The position numbers were made by a program, and so were the translations under genes. DNA of 64,000 nt from [Archangium] primigenium. GTDB lineage: Bacteria > Myxococcota > Myxococcia > Myxococcales > Myxococcaceae. This document shows, one piece after another, positions 51,568 to 60,495 of the stretch. The DNA lies in assembly GCF_016904885.1 (NCBI RefSeq), contig NZ_JADWYI010000001.1, forward strand, positions 7,049,224 through 7,113,223. The letters are read 5' to 3'. Under the pieces are notes generated by a model. It had not been told where the DNA came from and searched no databases. It saw nothing but the letters and a program-made list of their open reading frames with translations. How positions within the stretch are numbered: the stretch's first letter is position 1; each line of letters begins with the position of its first letter.

Positions 51568-52806
51568 GTGCTCACGCTCCACACGCTCAGCCTCGCCCTC
51601 CTCGCCGCGGCCACCTTCGGCACCCTCGCCCTCTGCGTGCAGCTCGTCTGCGTGCTGCGCCACGCCTGGGACGACGCCCCTCCCCTGCCCTCCCCTCCCG
51701 AGCCGCGCCGCTCGGGCATCTCCATCCTCAAGCCCCTGTGCGGCGTGGACGATGACCTGGAGGCCAACCTCGAGTGCTTCGCCACGCTCGGCTACCCCGT
51801 CTACGAGGTCATCCTCGGCGTGAAGGACACGCGGGATCCCGCCTATCCCGTGGCGCTGGCCGCGGTGGCACGCTGGCCGGACGTGATGCGACTGGAGATG
51901 CAGCACGGCGAGCCGGGCCTCAACCCCAAGGTGAACCAGCTCATCACCCTGGCGGCCGCGGCGCGCTACGACGTGCTGCTCATCAGCGACTCCAACACGC
52001 GCGTGGGACCGGGCTACCTGGAGGAGCTCTCCCGCGCTTTCGAGGATCCCTCGGTGGGCTGCGTGTCGCACCCGGTGAGCGGCGTGGGCGAGGCGTCGCT
52101 CGGCTCGTTGATGGACAACCTGTACCTGTGCACCACGGCGGCCGCGGGGCAGATCGCCGCCAAGCGCATCGCGGGCCAGGATCTCGTGGTGGGCAAGTCC
52201 ATGGCGCTGCGCCGCGAGGTGGTGGAGGGCCTGGACGGCTTCTACGCCGTGCGCAACGTGCTCGCGGAGGACTTCGTCATCGGCCAGTGGGTGACGCGGC
52301 GCATGGGCCTGAGGGCCGTGGTGGCGCGCGCCCCCGTCTACAACGTGTCCCAGAAGAAGAGCGTCCAGACGTTCTTCCAGCGCTACGTGCGCTGGAGCAT
52401 CATCCATCACACCTGCATCCCCACGCCGCTCTACCTGGCCCAGTCCACGCTCAACCCCCTGCCCTGGGCGCTGCTGGGCGCGGTGCTCTCCCCCTCGGCC
52501 TGGACGCTCGGGCTGGCGGGCACCGTGGCGGGGGTGAAGGTCCTGCATGACGTGCTCGTCTTTCGCGCCATGCGGCCGGGCCTGAAGACGCCCTGGATGA
52601 CGCTGCCCGCGGTGCTGCTCAAGGACGCGCTGCTCTTCGTGGCGTGGGCCCATGGACTCGGGGCCCGCTCGGTCAACTGGCGGGGCCGCTCGCTGCGGGT
52701 GCGCGCCGGCTCGAGGCTCGTGGCGCCCGCGGCCCCGGTGCACGTCCTGCCCCGGCCCGCGGTCCACGTCGAGACCTCGCGCGCCGAGCAGCTGCTGGCG
52801 GGCTGA
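51568..52806 (+). CDS. GT2/GT21-like (ceramide glucosyltransferase / Pgt-like) membrane glycosyltransferase
   Basis: ISILKPLCGVD and D..D/QxxRW-like (QRYVRWS) motifs. N-terminal and C-terminal TM helices. Confidence 0.6.
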   Translation: MLTLHTLSLALLAAATFGTLALCVQLVCVLRHAWDDAPPLPSPPEPRRSGISILKPLCGVDDDLEANLECFATLGYPVYEVILGVKDTRDPAYPVALAAVARWPDVMRLEMQHGEPGLNPKVNQLITLAAAARYDVLLISDSNTRVGPGYLEELSRAFEDPSVGCVSHPVSGVGEASLGSLMDNLYLCTTAAAGQIAAKRIAGQDLVVGKSMALRREVVEGLDGFYAVRNVLAEDFVIGQWVTRRMGLRAVVARAPVYNVSQKKSVQTFFQRYVRWSIIHHTCIPTPLYLAQSTLNPLPWALLGAVLSPSAWTLGLAGTVAGVKVLHDVLVFRAMRPGLKTPWMTLPAVLLKDALLFVAWAHGLGARSVNWRGRSLRVRAGSRLVAPAAPVHVLPRPAVHVETSRAEQLLAG

Positions 52807-52809
52807 GCG

Positions 52810-52826
52810 CTTCACCGCGAAGTCAC
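52810..52826 (+). promoter_or_regulatory. Pho-box-like direct repeat (CTTCAC-5-AGTCAC)
   Basis: Upstream of the metallophosphoesterase. Confidence 0.4.
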
Positions 52827-52892
52827 GGGGCGATCCCGGAAGCTTCACCCACGGGACATGAGGGTGTTTCAGGCCCGGGGTACTTCCCTCCC

Positions 52893-53726
52893 ATGCACCT
52901 GCGAACCCTGGCGCACCTGTCGGATCTGCACCTGGACCTGTCCCCCAGCAGCGACGCCACCGCCCAGGCGCTGGTGGAGAGCCTGCTCACCGGCCGCGTG
53001 GACCATGTGGTGGTGACGGGAGACCTGACCCACCAGGGCGGCCGACGCGAATACCAGCGCTTCCGCGAGCTCTTCGCGCCCCTGCTCGACGCGGGACGGC
53101 TCACCTTCGTCCCCGGCAACCACGACCGCACGGGCGAGGACGCGGGCCGCGCATGGATGAACGGCCAGAAGGTCCGGGTGGAGGCGCATGAAGGGCTGTA
53201 CCTGGTGTGCGTGGACTCCACGGGACCGCACAACCGCGACTACTTCGCCTGCCATGGGGTGCTGACCCCCGGCGTGCTGGACGCCGTGGACAGCGCCCTG
53301 AGCGCCGCGCCCCTGGGCGCGCTGACGGCCGTGCTGCTGCACCACCACGTCCTGCCCCTGCCCGAGGAGAGCTTCCCGGAGCGTCTGGCGACGCGCCTGG
53401 GCTGGCCCCACGCCGCGGAGCTCGCCCTGGGCGCGGAGCTCGTCCAGCGCATCCAGGGCCGGTGCGATCTCATCCTCCACGGCCACCGGCACGTGCCGCG
53501 CGAGATCGACCTGGGGCGGCCCCGGGGCCGCGCCCTGCGCATCTACAATTCGGGCAGCTCCGTCGAGCTGGGCCGCTTCCGCGTCTTCTCCCATGCCGGG
53601 GGTCGGCTCATGGGCGAGCCCCTCTGGCGCCAGGCCCGCGTGCAGCCCCGGCCCCACAGCGCCGGGGCCAATGTCCTGCCCGCGTTGCAGTACCTCGCCG
53701 CGCAGCTGTCGGGCGCCCTGCTCTAG
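52893..53726 (+). CDS. Metallophosphoesterase (PlcP-like candidate phospholipase C)
   Basis: SDLHLD...GDLTHQG...GNHD...HHH...GHRH motifs. Start MHLRTL. Confidence 0.6.
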   Translation: MHLRTLAHLSDLHLDLSPSSDATAQALVESLLTGRVDHVVVTGDLTHQGGRREYQRFRELFAPLLDAGRLTFVPGNHDRTGEDAGRAWMNGQKVRVEAHEGLYLVCVDSTGPHNRDYFACHGVLTPGVLDAVDSALSAAPLGALTAVLLHHHVLPLPEESFPERLATRLGWPHAAELALGAELVQRIQGRCDLILHGHRHVPREIDLGRPRGRALRIYNSGSSVELGRFRVFSHAGGRLMGEPLWRQARVQPRPHSAGANVLPALQYLAAQLSGALL

Positions 53727-53834
53727 AAGCGACTGCTTGCTCCCCTGCTGTCCGGCCCCACGAGCGGGCACGGGAGAATGCCCCGCGGTGTCCGCGGGGT
53801 TTTCCCACTGGCACTGGGAGGACATTTGGAACCG

Positions 53835-54203
53835 ATGGTTTCCGCCGGGGACGCACGCAAGGTACTGGTCGTCGATGACGACGCGGATTGGCGCGAGTTC
53901 CTCCGGCTGTGCCTGGAGGAGCTGGGCTACGAGGCCATCGAGGCGGCCAATGGCCAGGAGGCCCTCGATTCGCTGGCGCGACAGCGCTACGGCGTGATGC
54001 TCCTGGACCTGAACATGCCGGGAATGAATGGCCTCGAGGTCTTGGAGCGGATGCCGCGCGGGGATCCTCCCCGCGTGGTCCTGCTGACGGGCGCGGCGGT
54101 GCAGGACGTGGGCGGGGCCCTCCGCTCGGGACCGCACTACTACCTGCCCAAGGGCGCGAGCCGGGACCAGTTGTCGCTGCTGCTCCAGTCCCTGGACACC
54201 TGA
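53835..54203 (+). CDS. Single-domain response regulator
   Basis: VLVVDDD...DLNMPGMNG... Confidence 0.7.
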   Translation: MVSAGDARKVLVVDDDADWREFLRLCLEELGYEAIEAANGQEALDSLARQRYGVMLLDLNMPGMNGLEVLERMPRGDPPRVVLLTGAAVQDVGGALRSGPHYYLPKGASRDQLSLLLQSLDT

Positions 54204-54413
54204 GTCGCCCCCGAGCGGGTCGCGAGTCGCCCCCGAGCGGGTCGCATGACCCACGGACCGTTCCGAGGGCCCGAGCCCGGACATGTATCTCCGGGTGGAC
54301 AGTTGGCCCGCCGCGCGCCGAGTCGTCGCCGCTCCGCGCGCCCGTGCCCGAATGCGTGCTTGCGTCGGTCGAGGAAGTCGGCTACTTACCCGCCCACGTC
54401 GGAGGAGTGGTTC

Positions 54414-54487
54414 GCGCGATTAGCTCAGCTGGATAGAGCGTTGGCCTCCGAAGCCAAAGGCCGCTGGTTCGACTCCAGCATCGCGCA
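54414..54487 (+). tRNA. tRNA-Arg (anticodon CCG)
   Basis: Cloverleaf. Acceptor GCGCGAT/ATCGCGC, D-arm GCTC-AGCTGGATA-GAGC, anticodon loop CTCCGAA, T-arm GCTGG-TTCGACT-CCAGC. No encoded CCA. Confidence 0.85.
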
Positions 54488-54539
54488 CACAGTCAACCCG
54501 GCGGAATCTCTCGGGAAATCACGAGGGATTCCGCCGGGG

Positions 54540-55006
54540 ATGACATTCCGGCACTCCCCCATCAGTCAGTTGCAAGTCCGCGTCGTGCGACCGCTCCAGG
54601 CCTGACGAGGGCTGCGGGTTGCTCCACCACCCCGCCTGCGCCCGCCCGGGCGTACTGGTACGGCGGTCCGGCGGGTCTGAACGTCGGCGGTGACGTCCTC
54701 CCGCCGTCTGTCACTGGCGCACCGCCCCTGCTCGACCCCGACTCCGGCCAGGTCGGGCTGCTCCCCGGCGGCCCGCGGCAGGACAGGGTCTACGTCACCG
54801 ACCGGTACGAGATGGCGGAGGTGGTCGCCGCCCTGCACCCGGACAAGGGCTGCGTCTACCGCGTCCTGCCCGAAGCGCCCCTGGAGGACGCCGACAACCC
54901 GGGCGTCTTCTGGCTCTGCACGCGGGCGCGGGTTGTGTCCGTGCACCCGCTCGATGACGCCACCGAACTGCGCATCCTCAAGGGGCTCGCGGGGGAGGCG
55001 TCATGA
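54540..55006 (+). pseudogene. Arr-like (rifampin ADP-ribosyltransferase family) gene, frameshifted
   Basis: Frame from ATG 54540 gives MTFRHSPISQ (compare Arr MVKDWIPISH) and stops at 54605. Homology (YWYGG...LNVGGDVL...VYRVLPEAPLEDADNP...RVVSV) continues in another frame through to 55006. The Arr comparison is from memory. Confidence 0.35.
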
Positions 55007-55713
55007 GCTGCCCCCTGCCGAAGAAGCCGGTGGTGGACGTGCGCACGTACACCGTCTACCCGGACGCGCACCTCCATGGAGCCCACGGGCTGGAGCTCAA
55101 GCAGCTCCGCGCGGACGCCGAGCGCCTGGGGGACCAAGTGGACGCCACGGCCCGCGAGCTCGCGGACGCGCGCGAGGCCCTGCGGGAGGCCGAGCAGAAG
55201 CTGGTGCGGGTGGAGCAGGAGCGGGACACCGCCCGGGCGCAGCTGGACGCCATCCGCAAGGAGTTCCTCCTGCGCGACATGCCCGCGGAGGACGGGCCCG
55301 ACGCCCTGTCCTCCTTGAGGGAGTTGCTCTCGGCGTACCGCCGCCAGTTGCTCAACCTCCAGCAGGTGGGCGTGGAGCGGGACACCGCCCGGGCGGACAG
55401 CGCGCTGCTGCTCGCGCGCGTCCAGCGCGAGCGGGGCATGCTGGAGCTGCTCTTCCACTGCGGCCGCGCGGGCCACTCGGGCACGCGCTTGAAGGACGCC
55501 CTGGAGACGGTGGCGCGCTTCCTGGCCTCGGCGCCGGAGGTGTCCACGTCCAGCGGTGCCGAGCTGCTCGCCGCCGTGCGCCAGGTGATGGAGGTGGTGG
55601 ACCGGCCCACCACGCCCGAGTTGCAGGACGGACAGTTGAGCGAGCTGCACGGCGCCGTCGAGGGCCTTCGTGGCGCGCTGGCTCCGCGCGAGCAGGAGGT
55701 GGCCCGTGGCTAA
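55003..55713 (+). CDS. Hypothetical coiled-coil protein
   Basis: 236 aa, heptad-rich. ATGA overlap with the Arr-like ORF end. Confidence 0.5.
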   Translation: MSCPLPKKPVVDVRTYTVYPDAHLHGAHGLELKQLRADAERLGDQVDATARELADAREALREAEQKLVRVEQERDTARAQLDAIRKEFLLRDMPAEDGPDALSSLRELLSAYRRQLLNLQQVGVERDTARADSALLLARVQRERGMLELLFHCGRAGHSGTRLKDALETVARFLASAPEVSTSSGAELLAAVRQVMEVVDRPTTPELQDGQLSELHGAVEGLRGALAPREQEVARG

Positions 55714-56110
55714 GGCCGCCCCGAAGAAGCAGCCAGGGCCCGAGCGGGTCCCTTCCCTTCATGAATTCCAGCAGGAGGCACGCGCCAACATCGCCGAGCG
55801 CACGCCCAAGGACTTGAGCGTCGAGGAGGTGCAGTCCATTCGCGCCTTCAAGGCATCGGGCTCCACCGCCGTTGGGATTGCCCAGCAATTCCGCATCGAC
55901 CGGCGACAGGTGTCGGCGATCGTCAAGTTCCGCGTCCGCGCGGATGTGCCTCGTCCGTTCGAGACGAGCGAGCAGCGCTCCTGGCGAGAGTCAAAGCACC
56001 GGGAGAACGAGCACGACGCGAAGAAGCGGCTGGAAGCGCTCTCCGCCAAGAAGGCCGGCTCGAAGAGGAAGACGAAGCCCGGGGATGACACGTCGGAAGG
56101 TGCGTCATGA
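55706..56110 (+). CDS. Small basic protein with HTH-like segment
   Basis: GTG start. SVEEVQSIRAFKASGSTAVGIAQQFRIDRRQVSAIVK resembles an HTH. Lys-rich tail. Confidence 0.35.
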   Translation: MAKAAPKKQPGPERVPSLHEFQQEARANIAERTPKDLSVEEVQSIRAFKASGSTAVGIAQQFRIDRRQVSAIVKFRVRADVPRPFETSEQRSWRESKHRENEHDAKKRLEALSAKKAGSKRKTKPGDDTSEGAS

Positions 56111-58125
56111 GCACCCTCCGGCGCATCGCGCTCGTGGGGTGCGGCAAGGCCAAGGCATCCCAGGCCACCAAGGCGCGCCAGCTCTACACGGGCCCGCTCT
56201 TCCGCGCCTCCCTGGCCGCCGCCGAAGCCGAGTTCGGCGGTGACGTCTGGATCCTCAGTGCCAAGCACGGCCTCGTGGACCTGGACGAGGTGCTCGAGCC
56301 CTACGAGGCCACCCTGGACGGTGCCTCGCCGAAGTGCAGCTCCAACTGGGGGCTCGACGTCATCCGCAACCTCCGGGACGACGAGCACAACACCCCGGCC
56401 CACCTCACCGTGTACGCGGGTCAGGCGTACGCGCAGGCGCTCCGGCACCACCTCCCCGAGGGGTGGGTGCTCGACGAGCCCCTGGCGGGCCTCGGCCAGG
56501 GCGAGCGCCTCGGCTGGCTCAAGCAGCGCCTCGCGCGGCTCACCGCCCCCACCACCCACTCCACCTCCTCCTTTCCGGCGGGCCCCCAGGGCGCCGCCAC
56601 CGAGCCCTCCATGTCCACGGCCACCCCGCGTCTCACCGCCGAGCAGCGCCAGCAGCACTTCACGAAGGCCCTGGAGGCCGAGCGCGAGCTCGCGGATGTC
56701 CCTCTGCTGCGCGAGCGCTTCCTCCAGGCCCTCGCGCAGCAGGAAGAGCGCCTGCGCCTGTTGCTCACCCGCTCCATGGCCGCGGCCACCACGGGGGAGA
56801 ATCCCGACGCGCCCCAGCAGCAGAGCCTGGCGCTGGAGGCGAGCGCGCCCAAGAAGCGCGGTCGCCCGCGGAAGGCCCCCGCCGCCCCGGTGGTCCAGGA
56901 GCAGCAGCCGGCCGCCGCGCCGAAGAAGCGGGGCCGCCCGCGCAAGGCGCCCGTCACCCCGGCGGAGACGGGAGAGAAGCGCCTGCCCCCGGCGGAATCC
57001 GCGCGCACGGTGAAGGTGGAGGCGCCTCCCGTGGAGCCCCCGGCGCCCGTGGCTGTCATGGAGGAGGACGCGGTGCCCGCCCCGGCGGTGCCGTGCTGCA
57101 CCTGCGGCGACTCGCTGGCGGACCACCCGAAGAAGCGCTGCACGGCCAGGCGCGAGGGCAAGCCCTGCCGGTGCAAGGCCTTCCAGCTCCACCGCGTGTG
57201 GGACTGGGAATTGTGCTGGGGAGAGCACTGCGGTGTCCGCGTCTTCTGGCTCTTCCACGCAAAGGACCCCTACAACGTTCGCCACGGTCCTCTCCGCGCG
57301 CAGAGCGGCACCCTCCTGCGCCACCACCTGCAGATGGATGTGGTGGTGGAGGCGCGCAAGACGGGTGTCTGGCCCGCGGACGATGAGCACGGCGTGCCGC
57401 AGCGCGTGCTGGAGACGGTGGCGCGCGTGCTCGCCGATCATCCCCATCAGGCGCCGAGCGCGGCGTCCACAGCCACGTCCGCGCCGAGCTCCGGCGCCCC
57501 GTTGCCCGCGCAGGCCGAGGTGGCGACCGCGACTGCCCCCGAGCGCACGGACCTGGGAGCGTGGCGGGTGGAGCTGCCCGAGCGCACTGGGAACGTGCGT
57601 GTCATCCGCCTCTGGCTGGTGAATGACACCACGGGCGAGCGCGTGTCGGCGATGTGGTGGAGCACCACGGGCGACCTCGAGCCCGGACACCGAATCTCCG
57701 GCCGTGCGGAGGGCGCGGAGTTGAGCGAGGAGCTCCGGTTGAGGGCATGGTGGGCAGAGCACCAGCCGTCCGTGGTGGAGCCGCTCGTCCAGTCCTGCCG
57801 GGCCGGCCAGGTCCCCGGGCTGTGCCTGTACCTCTCGGAGTACCCGGAAGAAGGCCCCAGCCGCTACGCCCTGTCCGAGGGATGGCAACTGGAGGCCAAG
57901 GTGGACGACAGCAAGGAGCGGCCGTGGTTCCGCTTCACCCTGCCCACCGAGCGCACGGAGATGCGCGAGACAACGGGCTACTTCCACCTGCAGGACGGGA
58001 AATTCGTGGTGGCAACGCCGGCCAAGGTGGACCCGGACGCCCACCTGTACCCCGAGCTCACGTACCGGATTGCCCAGGCCGAGGCGCTCATCCACTGCGG
58101 CTTCGTCGACGAGGCGAAGCCATGA
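56107..58125 (+). CDS. Large hypothetical protein: conserved N-terminal domain, 2x AT-hook (KKRGRPRKAP), Cys-rich segment
   Basis: 672 aa. ATGA overlaps at both ends. Confidence 0.5.
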   Translation: MSTLRRIALVGCGKAKASQATKARQLYTGPLFRASLAAAEAEFGGDVWILSAKHGLVDLDEVLEPYEATLDGASPKCSSNWGLDVIRNLRDDEHNTPAHLTVYAGQAYAQALRHHLPEGWVLDEPLAGLGQGERLGWLKQRLARLTAPTTHSTSSFPAGPQGAATEPSMSTATPRLTAEQRQQHFTKALEAERELADVPLLRERFLQALAQQEERLRLLLTRSMAAATTGENPDAPQQQSLALEASAPKKRGRPRKAPAAPVVQEQQPAAAPKKRGRPRKAPVTPAETGEKRLPPAESARTVKVEAPPVEPPAPVAVMEEDAVPAPAVPCCTCGDSLADHPKKRCTARREGKPCRCKAFQLHRVWDWELCWGEHCGVRVFWLFHAKDPYNVRHGPLRAQSGTLLRHHLQMDVVVEARKTGVWPADDEHGVPQRVLETVARVLADHPHQAPSAASTATSAPSSGAPLPAQAEVATATAPERTDLGAWRVELPERTGNVRVIRLWLVNDTTGERVSAMWWSTTGDLEPGHRISGRAEGAELSEELRLRAWWAEHQPSVVEPLVQSCRAGQVPGLCLYLSEYPEEGPSRYALSEGWQLEAKVDDSKERPWFRFTLPTERTEMRETTGYFHLQDGKFVVATPAKVDPDAHLYPELTYRIAQAEALIHCGFVDEAKP

Positions 58126-59093
58126 GCTGCGCGCGGCTCCCTCAAGAAGACGGCGCGGTGGCCGTGGTGTGCCAGCGGCCACGCAAGAAGCGCCCGCCGA
58201 AGCCGCTCCGGCCCGCGCCTCCCCGCGTGGACGTGCGCCGGTTGGTGGTGGTGAGTGTCCCCGCCCCCTGGCACGTGCTGCTCGCGCTGGGGCTGTGTCC
58301 GGCGCTCTGCCTGCCCCAGAGCGAGCGCTACCTCTGGGCGGAGTACGTGGCGCTCCACGTCACCGACGCCCCGGAGGACGCCCGGGCCTTCGCGCTCGCG
58401 CGGCAGGCGGGTGTGGATGTGCCCGAGCACCCCCTGCGCGCGGTGCGCCAGGCCGTCGTCTCCGTGGTGCGCGTGGCGCGGCCGTGCTTCCCCTCCGCGG
58501 GACAGGGCGGGGCCATGACGCCGTGGTTCCACGGCGCCGCCCTGCTGCGGGTGGAGGACGCCCTCGTCCTCCACCCCATTCCCTGGGCCCAGGCGAGCGC
58601 CCCCTGCTGGGAGCCCGGAGCGGAGCTGCGCCACGAGGTGGGGCGTGCCTTCAAGGTGGCCCGGACGGCGCGCGCGCACCTCGAGGCCGAAGCCCGGCAA
58701 GAGGCGCTGCACGAGGAGCGCGCGGGGCACATGGCGGCGGAATTGGACGAGCTGCTTGGCGCGCGTCTGGCTGCGGAGGCGCGCGAGCACCCTCCAGCCC
58801 CTCGAAAGGTGCTGGGCCCTGTCGTGGTGACGCGCGTCGAGCCCGCCTCCGGGACATTCTGGGTGGCACCCGCTCCGCCGACCGAGCCCGATCCGCTGGC
58901 CGAGCTGCAGCGCCGCTACCAGGAGAGCCAGCAGCGTCTCTTCAAGCTCGCGGAGAAGTACAAGCGCTACCCGCGCAGCCCCGAGGCCATGTGCCCGGTG
59001 ACGGGCCTCAAGGGCTACCTCTGCCCGGACTGCCAGGACTACTTCACCTGGTGCCCGGGCGTCGTCCCTCACGAATGCGCGAGGCCCACATGA
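58122..59093 (+). CDS. Hypothetical protein, possible ASCH-like domain
   Basis: SVPAPWHVLLALG...RYLWAEYVALHV resembles the ASCH N-terminal pattern. C-terminal CxxC. Confidence 0.35.
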   Translation: MSCARLPQEDGAVAVVCQRPRKKRPPKPLRPAPPRVDVRRLVVVSVPAPWHVLLALGLCPALCLPQSERYLWAEYVALHVTDAPEDARAFALARQAGVDVPEHPLRAVRQAVVSVVRVARPCFPSAGQGGAMTPWFHGAALLRVEDALVLHPIPWAQASAPCWEPGAELRHEVGRAFKVARTARAHLEAEARQEALHEERAGHMAAELDELLGARLAAEAREHPPAPRKVLGPVVVTRVEPASGTFWVAPAPPTEPDPLAELQRRYQESQQRLFKLAEKYKRYPRSPEAMCPVTGLKGYLCPDCQDYFTWCPGVVPHECARPT

Positions 59094-60331
59094 GCTGCGT
59101 CGCCGACTCCACCATGGGCGACGCCCTCTCCCGGCTCCGCGCGAGCCTGGAGGCCGAGCGCCTGCGCGCGGAGCGGGCCGAGGGGAAGGTGGAGGGCTTC
59201 CGGGAGGCCTTCGCCCTGCTGGCGGGCCGCTTCGCCGCGCCCGCCGCCGAGCCCCTCCCGGAGACTGCACCTAGTCCGGCGCCCACCTCCGCCCCCGTGC
59301 TGCGCCTCGCCCAGGCCCCGAGCGAGCGTGACGGGGCGCGTGACGCCCAGCGTGACGGCGTCACGCTGGGCGTGACGGGCAGCGTGACGGGCCCCACCCC
59401 GGAGCAGCGCCGGAAGGCACAAAACCGAGAGAGAGCAAGGGCTTACCGGCTTCGCCAGGCCAGCGTGACGGCCAGCGTGACGGGCCCCACCCCGGAGCAA
59501 CACCGGAAGGCACAAAACCGAGAGAGAGCAAGGGCTTACCGGCTTCGCCAGGCCAGCGTGACGGCCAGCGTGACGCAGGAGGAGGAGGAAGAAGTAATAA
59601 CTACTCCTCCTCCTTCCTCGTCACGCGTGACGGCGAGCGTGACGGACGAGAAGCCCGTCCGGGGCACGCTCGCGCTCGTCGCCACCGCGGCGCGCGAGTC
59701 CCGCGAGGCGAAGCCACCCCCCAAGCTGCCGCCCGAGGTGCAGGCCCTGCGCGAGGCCTGGGACAGCCTGTGCGGCACGAAGAGCTTCATCCCCTGGCCC
59801 GCGCGCACCTCGGCGCGCCTGCTGGAGGACGCCCAGGCCGCCCTGGCGCGGCGGCCGCTCGAGGAGTGGCGCCGCGTCTTCGCCCTCGTGCCCCGCTCGC
59901 CGGTGTGCCGCGGAGAGCTGTCCAGCGGCCGCCGCGCGAGCCTGCTGTGGCTGCTCGCTGGCAAGACGCGGGACAACTACGAGCCCGCCGAGAAGCTCCT
60001 CGCGGGGGACTGGTCGGTGGACCCCGAGGACGCGGGAGCACCACCCGCCGTCGAGGCGCCCCCACCGGCCGCGGGCTCCGACACCCCGGCGGGCCAGGCC
60101 TGGAGCGAGGTGCTCGCCGCCCTACGTGCGGAGGGGAAGCACTACGCGCTGCAGTGGCTGGAGCAGCTGCGCGCCCGGAGCGTGGACGAGGGCCACCTGG
60201 TGCTGGAGGCCCGGGACAGCTTCGCGCGTGGGTGGATGGCCGAGCACTACGGCGAGCTGCTCGCTCGCTGCGTGGGGGTGCTGGGCCTCGCGGGCGTGCG
60301 GTACGTGCTGCCGGGGGAGGTGGGGCCATGA
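59090..60331 (+). CDS. Hypothetical protein with 2x 31-aa tandem basic repeat and DnaA-N-terminal-like C-terminal domain
   Basis: Repeat SVTGPTPEQ(R/H)RKAQNRERARAYRLRQASVTA. C-terminus W..VL..L......Y..WL..L.....D..LVLEA...F...W....Y..LL. Confidence 0.45.
   Translation: MSCVADSTMGDALSRLRASLEAERLRAERAEGKVEGFREAFALLAGRFAAPAAEPLPETAPSPAPTSAPVLRLAQAPSERDGARDAQRDGVTLGVTGSVTGPTPEQRRKAQNRERARAYRLRQASVTASVTGPTPEQHRKAQNRERARAYRLRQASVTASVTQEEEEEVITTPPPSSSRVTASVTDEKPVRGTLALVATAARESREAKPPPKLPPEVQALREAWDSLCGTKSFIPWPARTSARLLEDAQAALARRPLEEWRRVFALVPRSPVCRGELSSGRRASLLWLLAGKTRDNYEPAEKLLAGDWSVDPEDAGAPPAVEAPPPAAGSDTPAGQAWSEVLAALRAEGKHYALQWLEQLRARSVDEGHLVLEARDSFARGWMAEHYGELLARCVGVLGLAGVRYVLPGEVGP
59381..59566 (+). 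repeat. 93-bp tandem direct repeat x2 inside a CDS
   Basis: Units 59381-59473 and 59474-59566 differ at about 3 positions. Locally lower GC. Multiple AGCGTGACGG decamers. Confidence 0.8.
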
Positions 60332-60495
60332 CGCCGGGCCAGCAGTGCCTCTTTCTCCTCGCCCACGTGCTCTTCGGCTTCGCCACGCTCGGCGCGCCGC
60401 GGAAGCTGGGTGCCACGGCCGCTGCCGGGGGCGTGCTCGCCAGCCTCGTGGGCCTCGCGCGGGCCGTGGGTACTGCCCGCCGGAGGGCGCCATGA
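60328..60495 (+). CDS. Small hydrophobic peptide (55 aa)
   Basis: ATGA-coupled on both sides. Two predicted TM helices. Confidence 0.3.
   Translation: MTPGQQCLFLLAHVLFGFATLGAPRKLGATAAAGGVLASLVGLARAVGTARRRAP

Noticed and set aside
54246-54605. 119-aa ORF spanning the tRNA gene
   Set aside because: Runs across the tRNA-Arg. Only its last 22 codons (from ATG 54540) are credited, as the 5' part of the frameshifted Arr-like gene.
54690-55817. 375-aa plus-strand ORF after the tRNA
   Set aside because: Junk-like composition, and it overlaps the better-supported Arr-like and coiled-coil genes in other frames.
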